Positions 47,001 to 55,889 of a stretch of DNA of 64,000 bases are shown piece by piece. Both the position numbers and the translations under genes were made by a program. The notes beneath the pieces were generated by a model, which had not been told where the DNA came from, ran no database searches, and saw only the letters and a program-made list of their open reading frames with translations. The stretch is from the NCBI GenBank assembly GCA_021107855.1, contig JAIORZ010000002.1, positions 315,316 to 379,315 of the forward strand. Reading direction: 5' to 3'. Every line of letters begins with the position of its first letter. Position 1 is the stretch's first letter. Source of the DNA: an archaeon (lineage in GTDB: Archaea > Nanobdellota > Nanobdellia > Pacearchaeales > GW2011-AR1).

Positions 47001-47081
47001 ATCATCCCCAGTCTCAAATATCTTAGCCTCCGCCCAACGCTTTTGCCACTTCTTCTCAATCCCCTTAAAATTAATCTCCAT
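44076..47081 (-). CDS. leuS: Leucyl-tRNA synthetase (bacterial type) with inserted alpha/beta-hydrolase domain
   Basis: EMFPYPSG..LHMGH, MQRNWIG, FTTRPDT, GVPAHD, DWGISRQRYWG, KMSKS; insert with GHSLG. Confidence 0.96.
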   Translation of the reverse strand: MEINFKGIEKKWQKRWAEAKIFETGDDDPREKFYVLEMFPYPSGSGLHMGHAWNYTIGDILARFKIMSGFNVIHPMGYDALGLPAENAAIEAGEHPEDYNKKSIANYIKQQKALGLSYDWSRMISTDDPKFYRWDQWIFLKMFEKGLAYQKESAVNWCPECNTVLANEQVHDGNCWRHEDSSVEVKHLKQWFFKITDYADELYEGLNDIDWPETTKTMQRNWIGKSYGTEIMLEVEGGEKGNVVIVHGSQFLNANSDKGYFEPNEQPWMLWIKNKIEDRIKVDIPLMPNYNNPVYEDWKNEFEKLGVNENTILIGHSLGCAFLVRWLGETKTKIKKLILIAPAKKCVLKYYNEKAEVFYDFKIDKDIKKNISEIIIFTTNNDYEEIMQGSKLYNEELGGELIELKNHGHFIKKHMGTNEFPELLDKIIGSQTWPIFTTRPDTLFGVTFMVVSAQHQKLMDLVKDSEREKVEEFLKGLGSVSEKELGDMEKKGVFSGSYAVNPINGERIPVYVGNFVVADYGSGMVMGVPAHDKRDFEFARKYGIDVKEVVKGGDISKEAYVDSGDLVNSGDFNGMNNNEAKERITQHLESKGLGKKVVNFKLRDWGISRQRYWGTPIPIIHCKDCGAVPVPEDEFPVKLPRKVKFGDGNPLLTNEKWVNVKCPKCGKKAKRETDTMDTFVNSSWYFLRFCDPNNDESIFDSEKVKSWCPVDRYVGGQEHACMHLIYSRFYVKFLRDLGMFDFGEPFASLFHQGMLHAEDGSKMSKSKGNVVLPESVSDKYGIDTARFFLSSLASPDKDIDWSERGIIGSLRFVKRIFGVFDSVKIDKDSAKLESKVNEVVRNVSKYYDEFLYRKATIEIRELFDLIASEKEASMDTLEKFLKLLSPICPHISEELWEKLGNKVFVSDFSWPEFDESKIEKKSEMMDLNGKIIERVKGILKKGTKKVYVYVMPFEREGVDVGRIGAEIEREVEVFTVNDSEKIDPKNMAKKAKPGMPSVYLE

Positions 47082-47127
47082 AACAGACCCAAAAAATCAA
47101 ACATTAAAAAACTTTCCCCGACACAAA

Positions 47128-47493
47128 TTAATACTTCGGCTCGCAATTACAATAATCTAAAACATCTTTATTATATCTCTTACAAACATCACACGAACAA
47201 TGATTGTCTTTCATAAACTTCAAAATCCTCTGCATCTCAAACATCGCAACCCTCGCATTCCCCGAAATCAACTCAGCCGACTTCTTAATTTCCCGCTTCG
47301 TCTTCACATTCAACTTCACCTTATTCGCCCTCTTATTCGACAGATACTGACTAATCGCAGCCTTACTAATTCCAAGCGCATTCCCGGCCTTCTCATAACT
47401 AAGCCCATACTTCTTCGTCAAAAGCCTCGCCAACTCTTTCCGAACAGCCGGAATGATATACCAAACTTCAATTTCCTGCGGTAATAAATACAT
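47128..47493 (-). CDS. Archaeal HTH transcriptional regulator
   Basis: PQEIEVWYIIPAVR...LGISKAAISQYLSNKR, C-terminal Cys cluster. Confidence 0.85.
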   Translation of the reverse strand: MYLLPQEIEVWYIIPAVRKELARLLTKKYGLSYEKAGNALGISKAAISQYLSNKRANKVKLNVKTKREIKKSAELISGNARVAMFEMQRILKFMKDNHCSCDVCKRYNKDVLDYCNCEPKY

Positions 47494-47542
47494 GTTAACG
47501 ATAGTTAACTTCTCTTTTTAAAATCTTCTAAAATAAACAATC

Positions 47543-47749
47543 TTAATTCCTGTGATCTTCCCCTATCGCATGCCACTTCTCGACTCTCTCCACTTCTTTT
47601 AAGGCCGCCTCAAGACCAATTATATGAGGAGGAACCTTAGAATTTGTATTATACTCTGTCTCGCCAATAGCAAATTCTATACCCTCTCTTAGTCTTATGA
47701 TATAATCACCGTTAGAAGAGTCCCTAGAACTGTACTCTTTATCAATCAT
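47543..47749 (-). CDS. Hypothetical protein
   Basis: 68-aa ORF. Confidence 0.4.
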   Translation of the reverse strand: MIDKEYSSRDSSNGDYIIRLREGIEFAIGETEYNTNSKVPPHIIGLEAALKEVERVEKWHAIGEDHRN

Positions 47750-47791
47750 AGGCTATACATATAACCGCACTTTATAAAAATTTACATCTCA

Positions 47792-47974
47792 CTAAGAAAC
47801 ACTAATCGCCCCAACCGGACATCCGCTCGCAGCCGCCTTCTCACAAGTCAATTCTTTAACCTCGCCCTTAACCGCATGAGCTTTCCCAGAATTCAACTTA
47901 AAACTCTTCGGACAAGTCGCAACACAAGCACCACACCCAATACACTTATCCTGATTCACCACTATCTTTGCCAT
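47792..47974 (-). CDS. Ferredoxin (single 4Fe-4S)
   Basis: CIGCGACVATCP...CPVGAI. Confidence 0.93.
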   Translation of the reverse strand: MAKIVVNQDKCIGCGACVATCPKSFKLNSGKAHAVKGEVKELTCEKAAASGCPVGAISVS

Positions 47975-48155
47975 CTTTTATCGCCCCTTCATTTAATTCC
48001 GAATTCCCAAAATCACTAATCCTAAAATACTCATTCTCAACATCTCCCACCGCGGCTCCTGTAATCGCATTCCCAGTCATCCCTGAAAAAAACAAAAATC
48101 CCAAACCAACAACAACTAAAATCCCAATACCAATCGCGACATTTCGACTAACCAT
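47946..48155 (-). CDS. Small membrane-anchored hypothetical protein
   Basis: N-terminal TM followed by MTGNAITG. Confidence 0.55.
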   Translation of the reverse strand: MVSRNVAIGIGILVVVGLGFLFFSGMTGNAITGAAVGDVENEYFRISDFGNSELNEGAIKDGKDSGESG

Positions 48156-48205
48156 AACACCCCCGAGACAAGAACATTTATAAATTTAACCAACGTAAAA
48201 ACCCC

Positions 48206-48754
48206 ATGATAGTCTGGATTTCAATCGCCATAGCAGTAATCATAGTCGCAGTATTTCTGATTTATTACAACCGTTTCGTTACACTGTCCCATCAAATCGA
48301 CAATTCCCTCGCACAAATCGACGTCCAATTGCGAAAACGTTCCGACCTAATTCCAAATTTATTATCCGCAGTAAAGGGCTATATGAAACACGAGCGGGCT
48401 GCGATAAAAGAAGTAACCGACGCGAGAAAGGCCATGATGTCAGCGAAGGGAATTGAGAAAAAAATGAAAGCGGGAAACCAAATGCAAGAAGCACTAAAAT
48501 CAATCTTCGCAATCGCAGAAGGCTATCCAGACTTAAAGGCAAGCACAAATTTCTTACAACTACAACAGGAACTTTCTGCAATAGAGGACAAGGTTGCATA
48601 TGCAAGGCAATATTACAATGACGGAATTATGACATACAACGTGATGACGAGCAAAGTCCCAGGCATGTGGTTCGCTTCCATGTACGGATTCAAAACAAAA
48701 GAATATCTAAAAATTCCGAAGGCAGCGAAGGCTGTTCCAAAGATTAAATTCTAA
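48206..48754 (+). CDS. lemA: LemA family protein
   Basis: QIDVQLRKRSDLIPNL, YPDLKAS.NFLQLQ, RQYYN. Confidence 0.95.
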   Translation: MIVWISIAIAVIIVAVFLIYYNRFVTLSHQIDNSLAQIDVQLRKRSDLIPNLLSAVKGYMKHERAAIKEVTDARKAMMSAKGIEKKMKAGNQMQEALKSIFAIAEGYPDLKASTNFLQLQQELSAIEDKVAYARQYYNDGIMTYNVMTSKVPGMWFASMYGFKTKEYLKIPKAAKAVPKIKF

Positions 48755-48810
48755 AAGATATTTTGCGATATACTATATTTAAATATATATAATACACTAT
48801 ACACATCAAA

Positions 48811-49695
48811 ATGAACAGACTCTCCTTCCGCGACGAAATCAAAAAAAATAAAATATCTTCCTACTTCTTAATCGGAATTGTCTTCTTTGTCCTCTTAGCC
48901 CTAACCTACACAATCGCATTCATCATCGGCGGCGACTACTTTTTCATAATCCTCATCATCGGAATCCCAATCTCAATCGCCTACATCCTAATCGGCTTCT
49001 ACAAATCAGACAAAATAGCAATAGCTTCAGCAAACGCGAAACTAGCCAAACAACAAGAATACCGTCAATATCACAACCTCGTCGAAGGACTCTGTCTAGC
49101 ATCCGGTCTCCCAAAACCAAAACTCTATGTCATGCAAAACCCACAAATCAACGCCTTCGCCTCAGGACGAGACCCACAACACGCCGTCGTTTGCGTCACA
49201 ACAGGATTACTAGAAAAACTCAACAAGCAAGAAATCGAAGGCGTCCTTGCACACGAACTCTCACACATCGCAAACTACGACATCCGTTTTATGACTTTAA
49301 CCGCAGTTCTCGTCGGAATGATTGCAATAATTTCCCAAATATTTTTAAGAACTTTATTCTGGTCTTCAATTTCTGGGCGAAGCAATAGGGAGAATAATAA
49401 TGCGGTTTTAATGATAATTGGAATAATATTGGCAATTCTAGCTCCAATAATCGTAGCCTTAGTTCAACTTGCAATATCAAGAAAACGAGAATACGCAGCC
49501 GATTCTTCTGCTGTCAAATTCATGAGAACCCCAACTGGACTAATAGGAGCTTTGACAAAAATCAAAAATAATAAACCGATGAAAATGTCAGGAGCAGTCG
49601 CACCTCTTTTTATTGCAAAACCTTCCAAGGCGAAAGAGTGGTTTTCAACGCATCCACCTCTTTCTGAAAGAATTAAAAAATTAGAAAGAATGTAA
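48811..49695 (+). CDS. htpX: M48 zinc metalloprotease HtpX
   Basis: NAFASG, HELSH, SRKREYAAD, STHPP. Confidence 0.95.
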   Translation: MNRLSFRDEIKKNKISSYFLIGIVFFVLLALTYTIAFIIGGDYFFIILIIGIPISIAYILIGFYKSDKIAIASANAKLAKQQEYRQYHNLVEGLCLASGLPKPKLYVMQNPQINAFASGRDPQHAVVCVTTGLLEKLNKQEIEGVLAHELSHIANYDIRFMTLTAVLVGMIAIISQIFLRTLFWSSISGRSNRENNNAVLMIIGIILAILAPIIVALVQLAISRKREYAADSSAVKFMRTPTGLIGALTKIKNNKPMKMSGAVAPLFIAKPSKAKEWFSTHPPLSERIKKLERM

Positions 49696-49706
49696 ATTTT
49701 TGATTA

Positions 49707-50855
49707 TTACCTACTTTTAACAAACCTATCAACATCCTCGATATAATATGACGCAAGCGCCGTCCACTCATCATCAATTCCACTATAAAAATCCATTCTC
49801 CCCCCATCGACAACAGCCCCACTTGTAAAAACAGTATTTGGGACATATCCATCTTTAGGCATTAATTCTCTAAAATCCTCTCTATCTAAAAAAGTAGGAC
49901 TAATATCCAAAACTTTCCATGGATTCTTCAAGTCAAGAGTCATTAATTTAGTAACATATTTTGTCCTACCCTCAACCATTGTCGTCTCATGATACGCCTC
50001 AAGCCATCCATAAGGTCTCTTAACTGAAGGACTCCCAGTGCCCGTCACCTCTCTATTTTTACTTGGAGTTAATAGATGGTCTTGTCCCCAATGCACCAAA
50101 TCAGGAGAGTAAGAAATCCAAATACCTGGTGTGCTTAATGTCTCAAATCCGTTTGGACGCTTAAATGATGCATATAATTCATCCCCTTTCTTCATTATTT
50201 CTGTTGTAGAGGGCGATGAAACTTTCTCTGGGAAAATCGCAATGTCCTTCCCTTTTATTTCAAAATGTGGTGTATTATCAGAAGTAACCCTTTCTAAGTC
50301 ATCAAGATTTTTTATATTTCTTGTAGATAATATATGACTATTCACACCAAATTCTCTATGAGGAGTAGAATAAGTAACAAAGTATCTACCGTCCTCAAAA
50401 CTCGTTAACCTAACATCTTCAAGCCCAAATCTCTCATATTCCCAAGCAGGATATATAATAGGATTCCAATTTCTTTCCATAACGTCTCTATTCTCATTCA
50501 ATACAACCATTCTTGGTAAAGAAATATGCCTCAGTCTTGAAGGTCCATTCTTGGGAACGACATTTTTTTTATGAATTTCCTTTAAATCCTTTCTATCTAT
50601 AATATCATATTGAATATCTAGAGATGCCTTCTCCTTATTTTTAATATTAAAATATGGAAGTAGAACTTTACCCTGCTCTCTTTTTCTAGGAGATTCAGCA
50701 ACCCTTACATACAGTATAGTTTCTAGCCCCTTACTCGTCCTAACAGAAGTAACCCCTGGATTAAATGTCCCAACTATTTTGGAGTATTCACCAAGTGGAG
50801 AATAATCCTTAGGTGATGCAATAAGTTTTATTTCAAAAGGTTTTGGCGATTCCAT
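49707..50855 (-). CDS. GH130-like glycosidase/phosphorylase
   Basis: FNPG, GLEDVRLT, KDIAIFPE, WLEAYH, VPNTVFTSG. Confidence 0.85.
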   Translation of the reverse strand: MESPKPFEIKLIASPKDYSPLGEYSKIVGTFNPGVTSVRTSKGLETILYVRVAESPRKREQGKVLLPYFNIKNKEKASLDIQYDIIDRKDLKEIHKKNVVPKNGPSRLRHISLPRMVVLNENRDVMERNWNPIIYPAWEYERFGLEDVRLTSFEDGRYFVTYSTPHREFGVNSHILSTRNIKNLDDLERVTSDNTPHFEIKGKDIAIFPEKVSSPSTTEIMKKGDELYASFKRPNGFETLSTPGIWISYSPDLVHWGQDHLLTPSKNREVTGTGSPSVKRPYGWLEAYHETTMVEGRTKYVTKLMTLDLKNPWKVLDISPTFLDREDFRELMPKDGYVPNTVFTSGAVVDGGRMDFYSGIDDEWTALASYYIEDVDRFVKSR

Positions 50856-50920
50856 ATTAATTATTAATCATTTAGAAGTAAACGACAAAAACTTTCATCC
50901 TTCTTAAACCATTGGGTATC

Positions 50921-51829
50921 CTATTTCCCCATCAAAAACTCATGCACACCTTTCGCCGCAACAGCCCCTTCCCCAGCAGCCGTAATCATCTGCCTCATCG
51001 CAGAATTCGTCACATCGCCAGCCGCAAAAACTCCCTCAACATTCGTCTTACAATCCTTCCCAGTAATAATATAACCCTTCTCCATCTCCACACCCAAATT
51101 CTTCAAAACCTCCGTCGCTGCAACAGCCCCAGCTTCAATAAAAATTCCACTAATCTCTAAAACCCTTTTACCTTTCCCATCAGAAATCTTTAATCCACTA
51201 ACAATCTCTTCTCCCAAAACTTCAACAGGCACCGCATCATAAATAATATCAATATTTTCTTTTTCTTTTATCGCAACCAAGCTAACAGGCTCACATCTCA
51301 TCTCATGCTTCCGATAAACAACCATAACTTTCTCGCAAATATCGCTCAAATAAAGTGCAGCCTTCGCCGCCGAATCTGCGCCACCAATCACAGCCACCTT
51401 TTTCCCCTTAAAAAAATTCCCATCACAAGTCGCACAATACGAGACACCCTTTCCTAAAAACTCTTTCTCCCCAGGAATATCCAATTGCCTATGCTCCGTC
51501 CCAAGCGCAACAATCAAACTCTTGCCCCTAACACTTTCACCTTCCCCATAATCCAAAACAAACTCATCCCCTTCCTTTTTTGCCCCAGCAACATCCGCCT
51601 CCAAAAACTCCGCACCAAACTTCTCAGCCTGCCCTTTAACATTGTTCATCAACTCCTGTCCAGACCCAATAAACCCAGGCCAATTCTCAACCTCGCCAGC
51701 CAAATTCGCTGTTCCCCCAAAATTCGCAGAGACAACCAAGACTTTCAAATTATAACGTCCAGCATAAATCGCCGCAGTCAAGCCAGCCGGACCCCCTCCT
51801 AAAATCAGAACGTCGTATGTTTTTTCCAT
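50921..51829 (-). CDS. trxB: Thioredoxin reductase
   Basis: GGGPAG, GVSYCATCDG, IGGADSA, FAAGD. Confidence 0.95.
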   Translation of the reverse strand: MEKTYDVLILGGGPAGLTAAIYAGRYNLKVLVVSANFGGTANLAGEVENWPGFIGSGQELMNNVKGQAEKFGAEFLEADVAGAKKEGDEFVLDYGEGESVRGKSLIVALGTEHRQLDIPGEKEFLGKGVSYCATCDGNFFKGKKVAVIGGADSAAKAALYLSDICEKVMVVYRKHEMRCEPVSLVAIKEKENIDIIYDAVPVEVLGEEIVSGLKISDGKGKRVLEISGIFIEAGAVAATEVLKNLGVEMEKGYIITGKDCKTNVEGVFAAGDVTNSAMRQMITAAGEGAVAAKGVHEFLMGK

Positions 51830-51923
51830 TTCAACAAAAAACAAAAAGACTTTTTATATCTTCGGTAAGAGTGAAGACGGCACATTACACTAATTATAAA
51901 AACCATCTCAACTAACCACCCAC

Positions 51924-53615
51924 ATGGACTATTCAAAAATTTGTGAAACCTACAAAAAGCTAGAAGAAACGACCAAAGGTCTAGAAAAAACAGAAATATT
52001 AGCTAACTTCCTGAATAAGATTCGCGAAAACTCCGAGTTTATTTATCTAGTGCAAGGAAAATTGTTTGCGGATTACGACAATCGAGAACTTGGAATTTCG
52101 CATCAATTAATAATTAAAGCAATTGCGCGAGCAGCTGGAGTTGGAGAAGAAGCGGTCATCAACGAGTTTAAAGAACTTGGAGACCTGGGGAAAGCTGCAG
52201 AAGTTTTTTTAGGAAAAACAAAAAAACAAAAAGGCTTATTCGAAGAAAAATTAAGTGCCGAAAAGGTGATGAGAAATCTAAGGAAATTGGTTGAAATTGA
52301 GGGGACGGGAGCTGTTGATTTAAAAATTGGCTATGTTGTCGACTTACTGCTCTCGGCAACCGACGAAGAAGCAAAATACATAGTTCGAACCGTCCTCGGA
52401 GATCTAAAAATCGGCGTTGGCCCTGGGATTCTAAGAGACGCAATTGTTGTATCTTGTTTTAAACCAAAAGACATAGAGGATAAGAAAGTTTGCGTTAAAG
52501 CAGTGCAAGAAGCGTATGATAAAGCAACAGATTTCGCGGAGGTTTTTGAGAGAGCATGTAAAGATGAATTAGAAAAAATTAAGTTAATTCCTGGGAAACC
52601 CCTGAAAGTTATGCTGTTCCCAAAGGCTACTAGCATTGAAGACGCATTTCGAATTGTAGGAAGACCCGCTGCATTTGAGTATAAATATGATGGGTTTCGG
52701 GTGATGGTGAATAAATCGCAAGACGGTGAAATAAAAGTTTTTACTAGGGCTCTAGAAAATGTTACGCGGCAGTTTCCTGAGATTGTTGAAATTGCTGAGT
52801 CAAATATTTCTGGAAATAATTTTATTTTAGATTGTGAAGCAGTCGGATTCGATGCTAAAACAAATGAATACACTGATTTCCAAGCAGTCAGTCAAAGAAT
52901 CAAAAGAAAATATGGGATTGACGAAATGAGAAAAAGTCTCCCAATTGAATTGGTTATTTTTGACATTGTTTATTTAAATGAAAATAATTTAATCAAAACA
53001 ACTTTTTTAGAAAGAAGAAAAATAATTGAGAAGATTGTTAGAGAAGAAGATAAAAAAATTATTTTGGCACGACAGATTATCACCAGCGACGAAAAAGAAG
53101 TTGAGAAATTTTATAAGAAAGCACTGGATGATAGTCAAGAAGGTCTGATGGGAAAGAATTTGGATGCACCATACAAGCCCGGAGCACGGATTGGTTATGC
53201 TGTGAAATTGAAACCAGAGGACAATGATTTTGATTTAGTGATTACTGGGGCTGAATGGGGAACGGGGAAAAGAGCCGGGTGGTTGACGAGTTATGATATT
53301 TCTTGTAGAGGAAATCATGGGGAATTATTGGGAATAGGAAAAGTTTCCACGGGACTGAAAGAGCTGAGAGAAGAAGGACTTAGTTTTGGAGAGATGACAG
53401 ATAAATTAGAAAAAATTATGTTGAAAAGTGAAGGGAGACATATCGAAGTCAAGCCGGAAATTGTTATATCTGTGCAGTTTCAAAATATACAAAAAAGTCC
53501 GACGAACTCTTCCGGATTTGCATTAAGATTCCCCCGAATTTTAAGACTACGACCAGATAGGGGAGTTGAAGATATCACAACAATTGAAGAAATAGAAAAA
53601 GAAATTACCCAATAA
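51924..53615 (+). CDS. lig: ATP-dependent DNA ligase
   Basis: EYKYDGFR, EGLMGK, YKPGAR, ALRFPR. Confidence 0.97.
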   Translation: MDYSKICETYKKLEETTKGLEKTEILANFLNKIRENSEFIYLVQGKLFADYDNRELGISHQLIIKAIARAAGVGEEAVINEFKELGDLGKAAEVFLGKTKKQKGLFEEKLSAEKVMRNLRKLVEIEGTGAVDLKIGYVVDLLLSATDEEAKYIVRTVLGDLKIGVGPGILRDAIVVSCFKPKDIEDKKVCVKAVQEAYDKATDFAEVFERACKDELEKIKLIPGKPLKVMLFPKATSIEDAFRIVGRPAAFEYKYDGFRVMVNKSQDGEIKVFTRALENVTRQFPEIVEIAESNISGNNFILDCEAVGFDAKTNEYTDFQAVSQRIKRKYGIDEMRKSLPIELVIFDIVYLNENNLIKTTFLERRKIIEKIVREEDKKIILARQIITSDEKEVEKFYKKALDDSQEGLMGKNLDAPYKPGARIGYAVKLKPEDNDFDLVITGAEWGTGKRAGWLTSYDISCRGNHGELLGIGKVSTGLKELREEGLSFGEMTDKLEKIMLKSEGRHIEVKPEIVISVQFQNIQKSPTNSSGFALRFPRILRLRPDRGVEDITTIEEIEKEITQ

Positions 53616-53660
53616 ACTCCCCACAAACTTTTTTAAATCCCAAAATCCTCGCTTCAACAT

Positions 53661-53732
53661 GCGTGGGTAGTTTAGTGGTTAGAATCTGTCGTTGCCAACG
53701 ATGGGACCGGGGTTCAAGTCCCCGCTCGCGCA
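53661..53732 (+). tRNA. tRNA-Gly (GCC)
   Basis: Acceptor GCGTGGG/CTCGCGC, anticodon loop TT-GCC-AA, T arm CGGGG-TTCAAGT-CCCCG; TTTTTAAA box upstream. Confidence 0.92.
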
Positions 53733-53752
53733 TTTGTTTCTTGGGAATTGAA

Positions 53753-53841
53753 GTTCAAGTCCGAGCAATTAGGTCTTCGAGTAAAATAAAATATTCGAAG
53801 ACATGATTGTGAGTAGCTCGCGCATTTGTTTCTTGGGAATT
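53753..53841 (+). repeat. Interrupted duplicate of the tRNA-Gly 3' part with hairpin insert
   Basis: GTTCAAGTCC (53753-53762) = 53712-53721; 26-nt perfect repeat 53816-53841 = 53724-53749; 53-nt hairpin between them. Confidence 0.9.
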
Positions 53842-53845
53842 AAAT

Positions 53846-54949
53846 CTAAAAATCAGAACTCACAAGAAACTCACCAACATCCTCAGAAATAACTTTCTCC
53901 TCCGAAATCATCCTAACCAAATCCCTCAAAAAATTAACCCTATCTCTCTCCATCTGCTCATCAAGAGAATCCAAATCATAATCATAAGACGCCACCAATT
54001 CATAATCCCCAAGCTTATAATTTCTAATCAATCTCCCATCCAAAACTTCAGACCTAGTCGTCACAACAGAAACATCCCCAAACTTCTGAACAAGAATCTG
54101 CCTTTCATCCTCCGTAAGACCCTGTGAAGAAAATTCCGAAACCTCTAGCAAAACTGGCTCCTCTATTTCAACAATATCACTCTCTTGCAAAACACTAGAC
54201 AAAGAAAGAATCTCGTCGTCGTTATAAACAAAACTTATTTTCAACTCCCCAGCACTAAAATTCAAATCAAGTGCAGAAAGATTAATTTCCAAAACCCAAA
54301 ACTCCTCCTCGGAGTCACCAGAGTCATCCTTTGAGGATAAATAATCCGCACCAAAACCCTCTTCCTCTTCAAAATAAACAGTAGAAACAAAAACAGTACC
54401 ATTCAAAATCTCAAAATCAATATCTTCATCATTAAGCGTTTTGGAACCAATAGCCACACTTCCTGGCACCAGTTCTGCGGTTTGCCCCTCTTCTAAATTA
54501 TAGACAAGCGGTCTATCTGCAGAGATATCCCCAGAAACGATTTCCTCCGTTATCTTTTCTTCATCATCTGACGAAACATTAAACACAAACGAAATCTCCG
54601 GAGACTCCTTAGTTCCCATTAAACCATAACCCACCCCCTCTCCAGACAAATTCTTCCCCTCAATATAATACATTCCTTCAACAGACTCTTCAGAAACAAT
54701 ATCCTCTAAATCAAATTCCCGTCGTTCTTCGGAATTCTCAAAAACAACCTTAGTCGAAGCAGGAATAAATTCCCCCTTATTTAAAGACAACTCCAACACC
54801 CCATCCAAAATTTCCCCCTCATGATAATCGGCATTTAATTCTAAAACAGCATAACCCGAAAAACTATTTTGCAGAAAAATAAGACCAAGAGTCGCAACAA
54901 CAACAATCCCGAAAACCACAAAATACTTTTTATCTATTTTCAACGCCAT
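53846..54949 (-). CDS. Acidic secreted/surface hypothetical protein
   Basis: N-terminal TM followed by FSGYAV; very D/E-rich. Confidence 0.7.
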   Translation of the reverse strand: MALKIDKKYFVVFGIVVVATLGLIFLQNSFSGYAVLELNADYHEGEILDGVLELSLNKGEFIPASTKVVFENSEERREFDLEDIVSEESVEGMYYIEGKNLSGEGVGYGLMGTKESPEISFVFNVSSDDEEKITEEIVSGDISADRPLVYNLEEGQTAELVPGSVAIGSKTLNDEDIDFEILNGTVFVSTVYFEEEEGFGADYLSSKDDSGDSEEEFWVLEINLSALDLNFSAGELKISFVYNDDEILSLSSVLQESDIVEIEEPVLLEVSEFSSQGLTEDERQILVQKFGDVSVVTTRSEVLDGRLIRNYKLGDYELVASYDYDLDSLDEQMERDRVNFLRDLVRMISEEKVISEDVGEFLVSSDF

Positions 54950-54950
54950 C

Positions 54951-55625
54951 TCAACTAGTTACCTCAATTATCGTCGTAACATCCGTCAAAACAACACCAT
55001 CTCCCGAACTCAAATAAACCGAAATCACATCCCCAGCCTTAAAATTCACAATCCCCTTCGACTGAACATCATAATCTATCTCAACTCCAGAAGAATCCGC
55101 ACTCAAATAATTTCTAAATCCTACCTCTACGCCATTTTTATAAATAACAATCTCAACACCACCCTCCGCAACAGAGCCTACAATTTCCAAGTTCGTAGAA
55201 ATCCCCGTAACACTTCCGTCTCTCAACATAACATATCCCTTCTCCAAACTTCCTTGAACACCACTAGCCATATTCAAGAAATCCGATTCAGCCATCTCTT
55301 CATCAAACCCAAAATGTAATAACGACTTCGCATCACAAACAGACGCTGGAGCCACACTCTTCTTCATACCCGAGGAAGTAATCACGAAAAGCGGCATCTC
55401 GCCATAATCAACTTCATAAATAACAATACTCGTATTCTCAACTTTCTCTATATCCACCTCGTCGGGCAAATCACTAAAATTAACCTCCGTTATATTTTCA
55501 ACAACAATTCCTCTACTTTCTTCAACAAAATCCCTAATTTCCTGCTCCATTCCCCCCGAATCAGCGAACACGCCAACTATCAAAATCATAGAAACAACCA
55601 AAAAAGACACGACCACTTTATTCAT
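54951..55625 (-). CDS. Secreted protein with C-terminal beta-sandwich domain
   Basis: Signal peptide (GVFA); GSVTGIS...IYKNG...FKAGDVISVY. Confidence 0.7.
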   Translation of the reverse strand: MNKVVVSFLVVSMILIVGVFADSGGMEQEIRDFVEESRGIVVENITEVNFSDLPDEVDIEKVENTSIVIYEVDYGEMPLFVITSSGMKKSVAPASVCDAKSLLHFGFDEEMAESDFLNMASGVQGSLEKGYVMLRDGSVTGISTNLEIVGSVAEGGVEIVIYKNGVEVGFRNYLSADSSGVEIDYDVQSKGIVNFKAGDVISVYLSSGDGVVLTDVTTIIEVTS

Positions 55626-55889
55626 CTCAAAAGAACACAATAATTATATTTAAATCTTCCGCGCACTCTCGACGTCATCACTATCAATATTAAATACTCT
55701 TTCATGGCTCCCTTTTTATGCAAATTAAAAAAAATACTAAAAAACTCCTTGTATATTCTTCATTATCCGGATTTCTTGCATTCGGACAGGGATGCGCAAC
55801 GCACGATATCCCGAAATAATCCTGAATATGTTAGAAATGGGTTGGAGTAGAAATTAGAATTGAAGAAACAATTTTTTAACAAATAAATT

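Noticed and set aside
55755-55830. GC-richer intergenic stretch with possible stems (GGGAT/ATCCC, GCG-caa-CGC) as an ncRNA
   Set aside because: No SRP, RNase P or riboswitch hallmarks; better explained by the lipoprotein-like mini-ORF.
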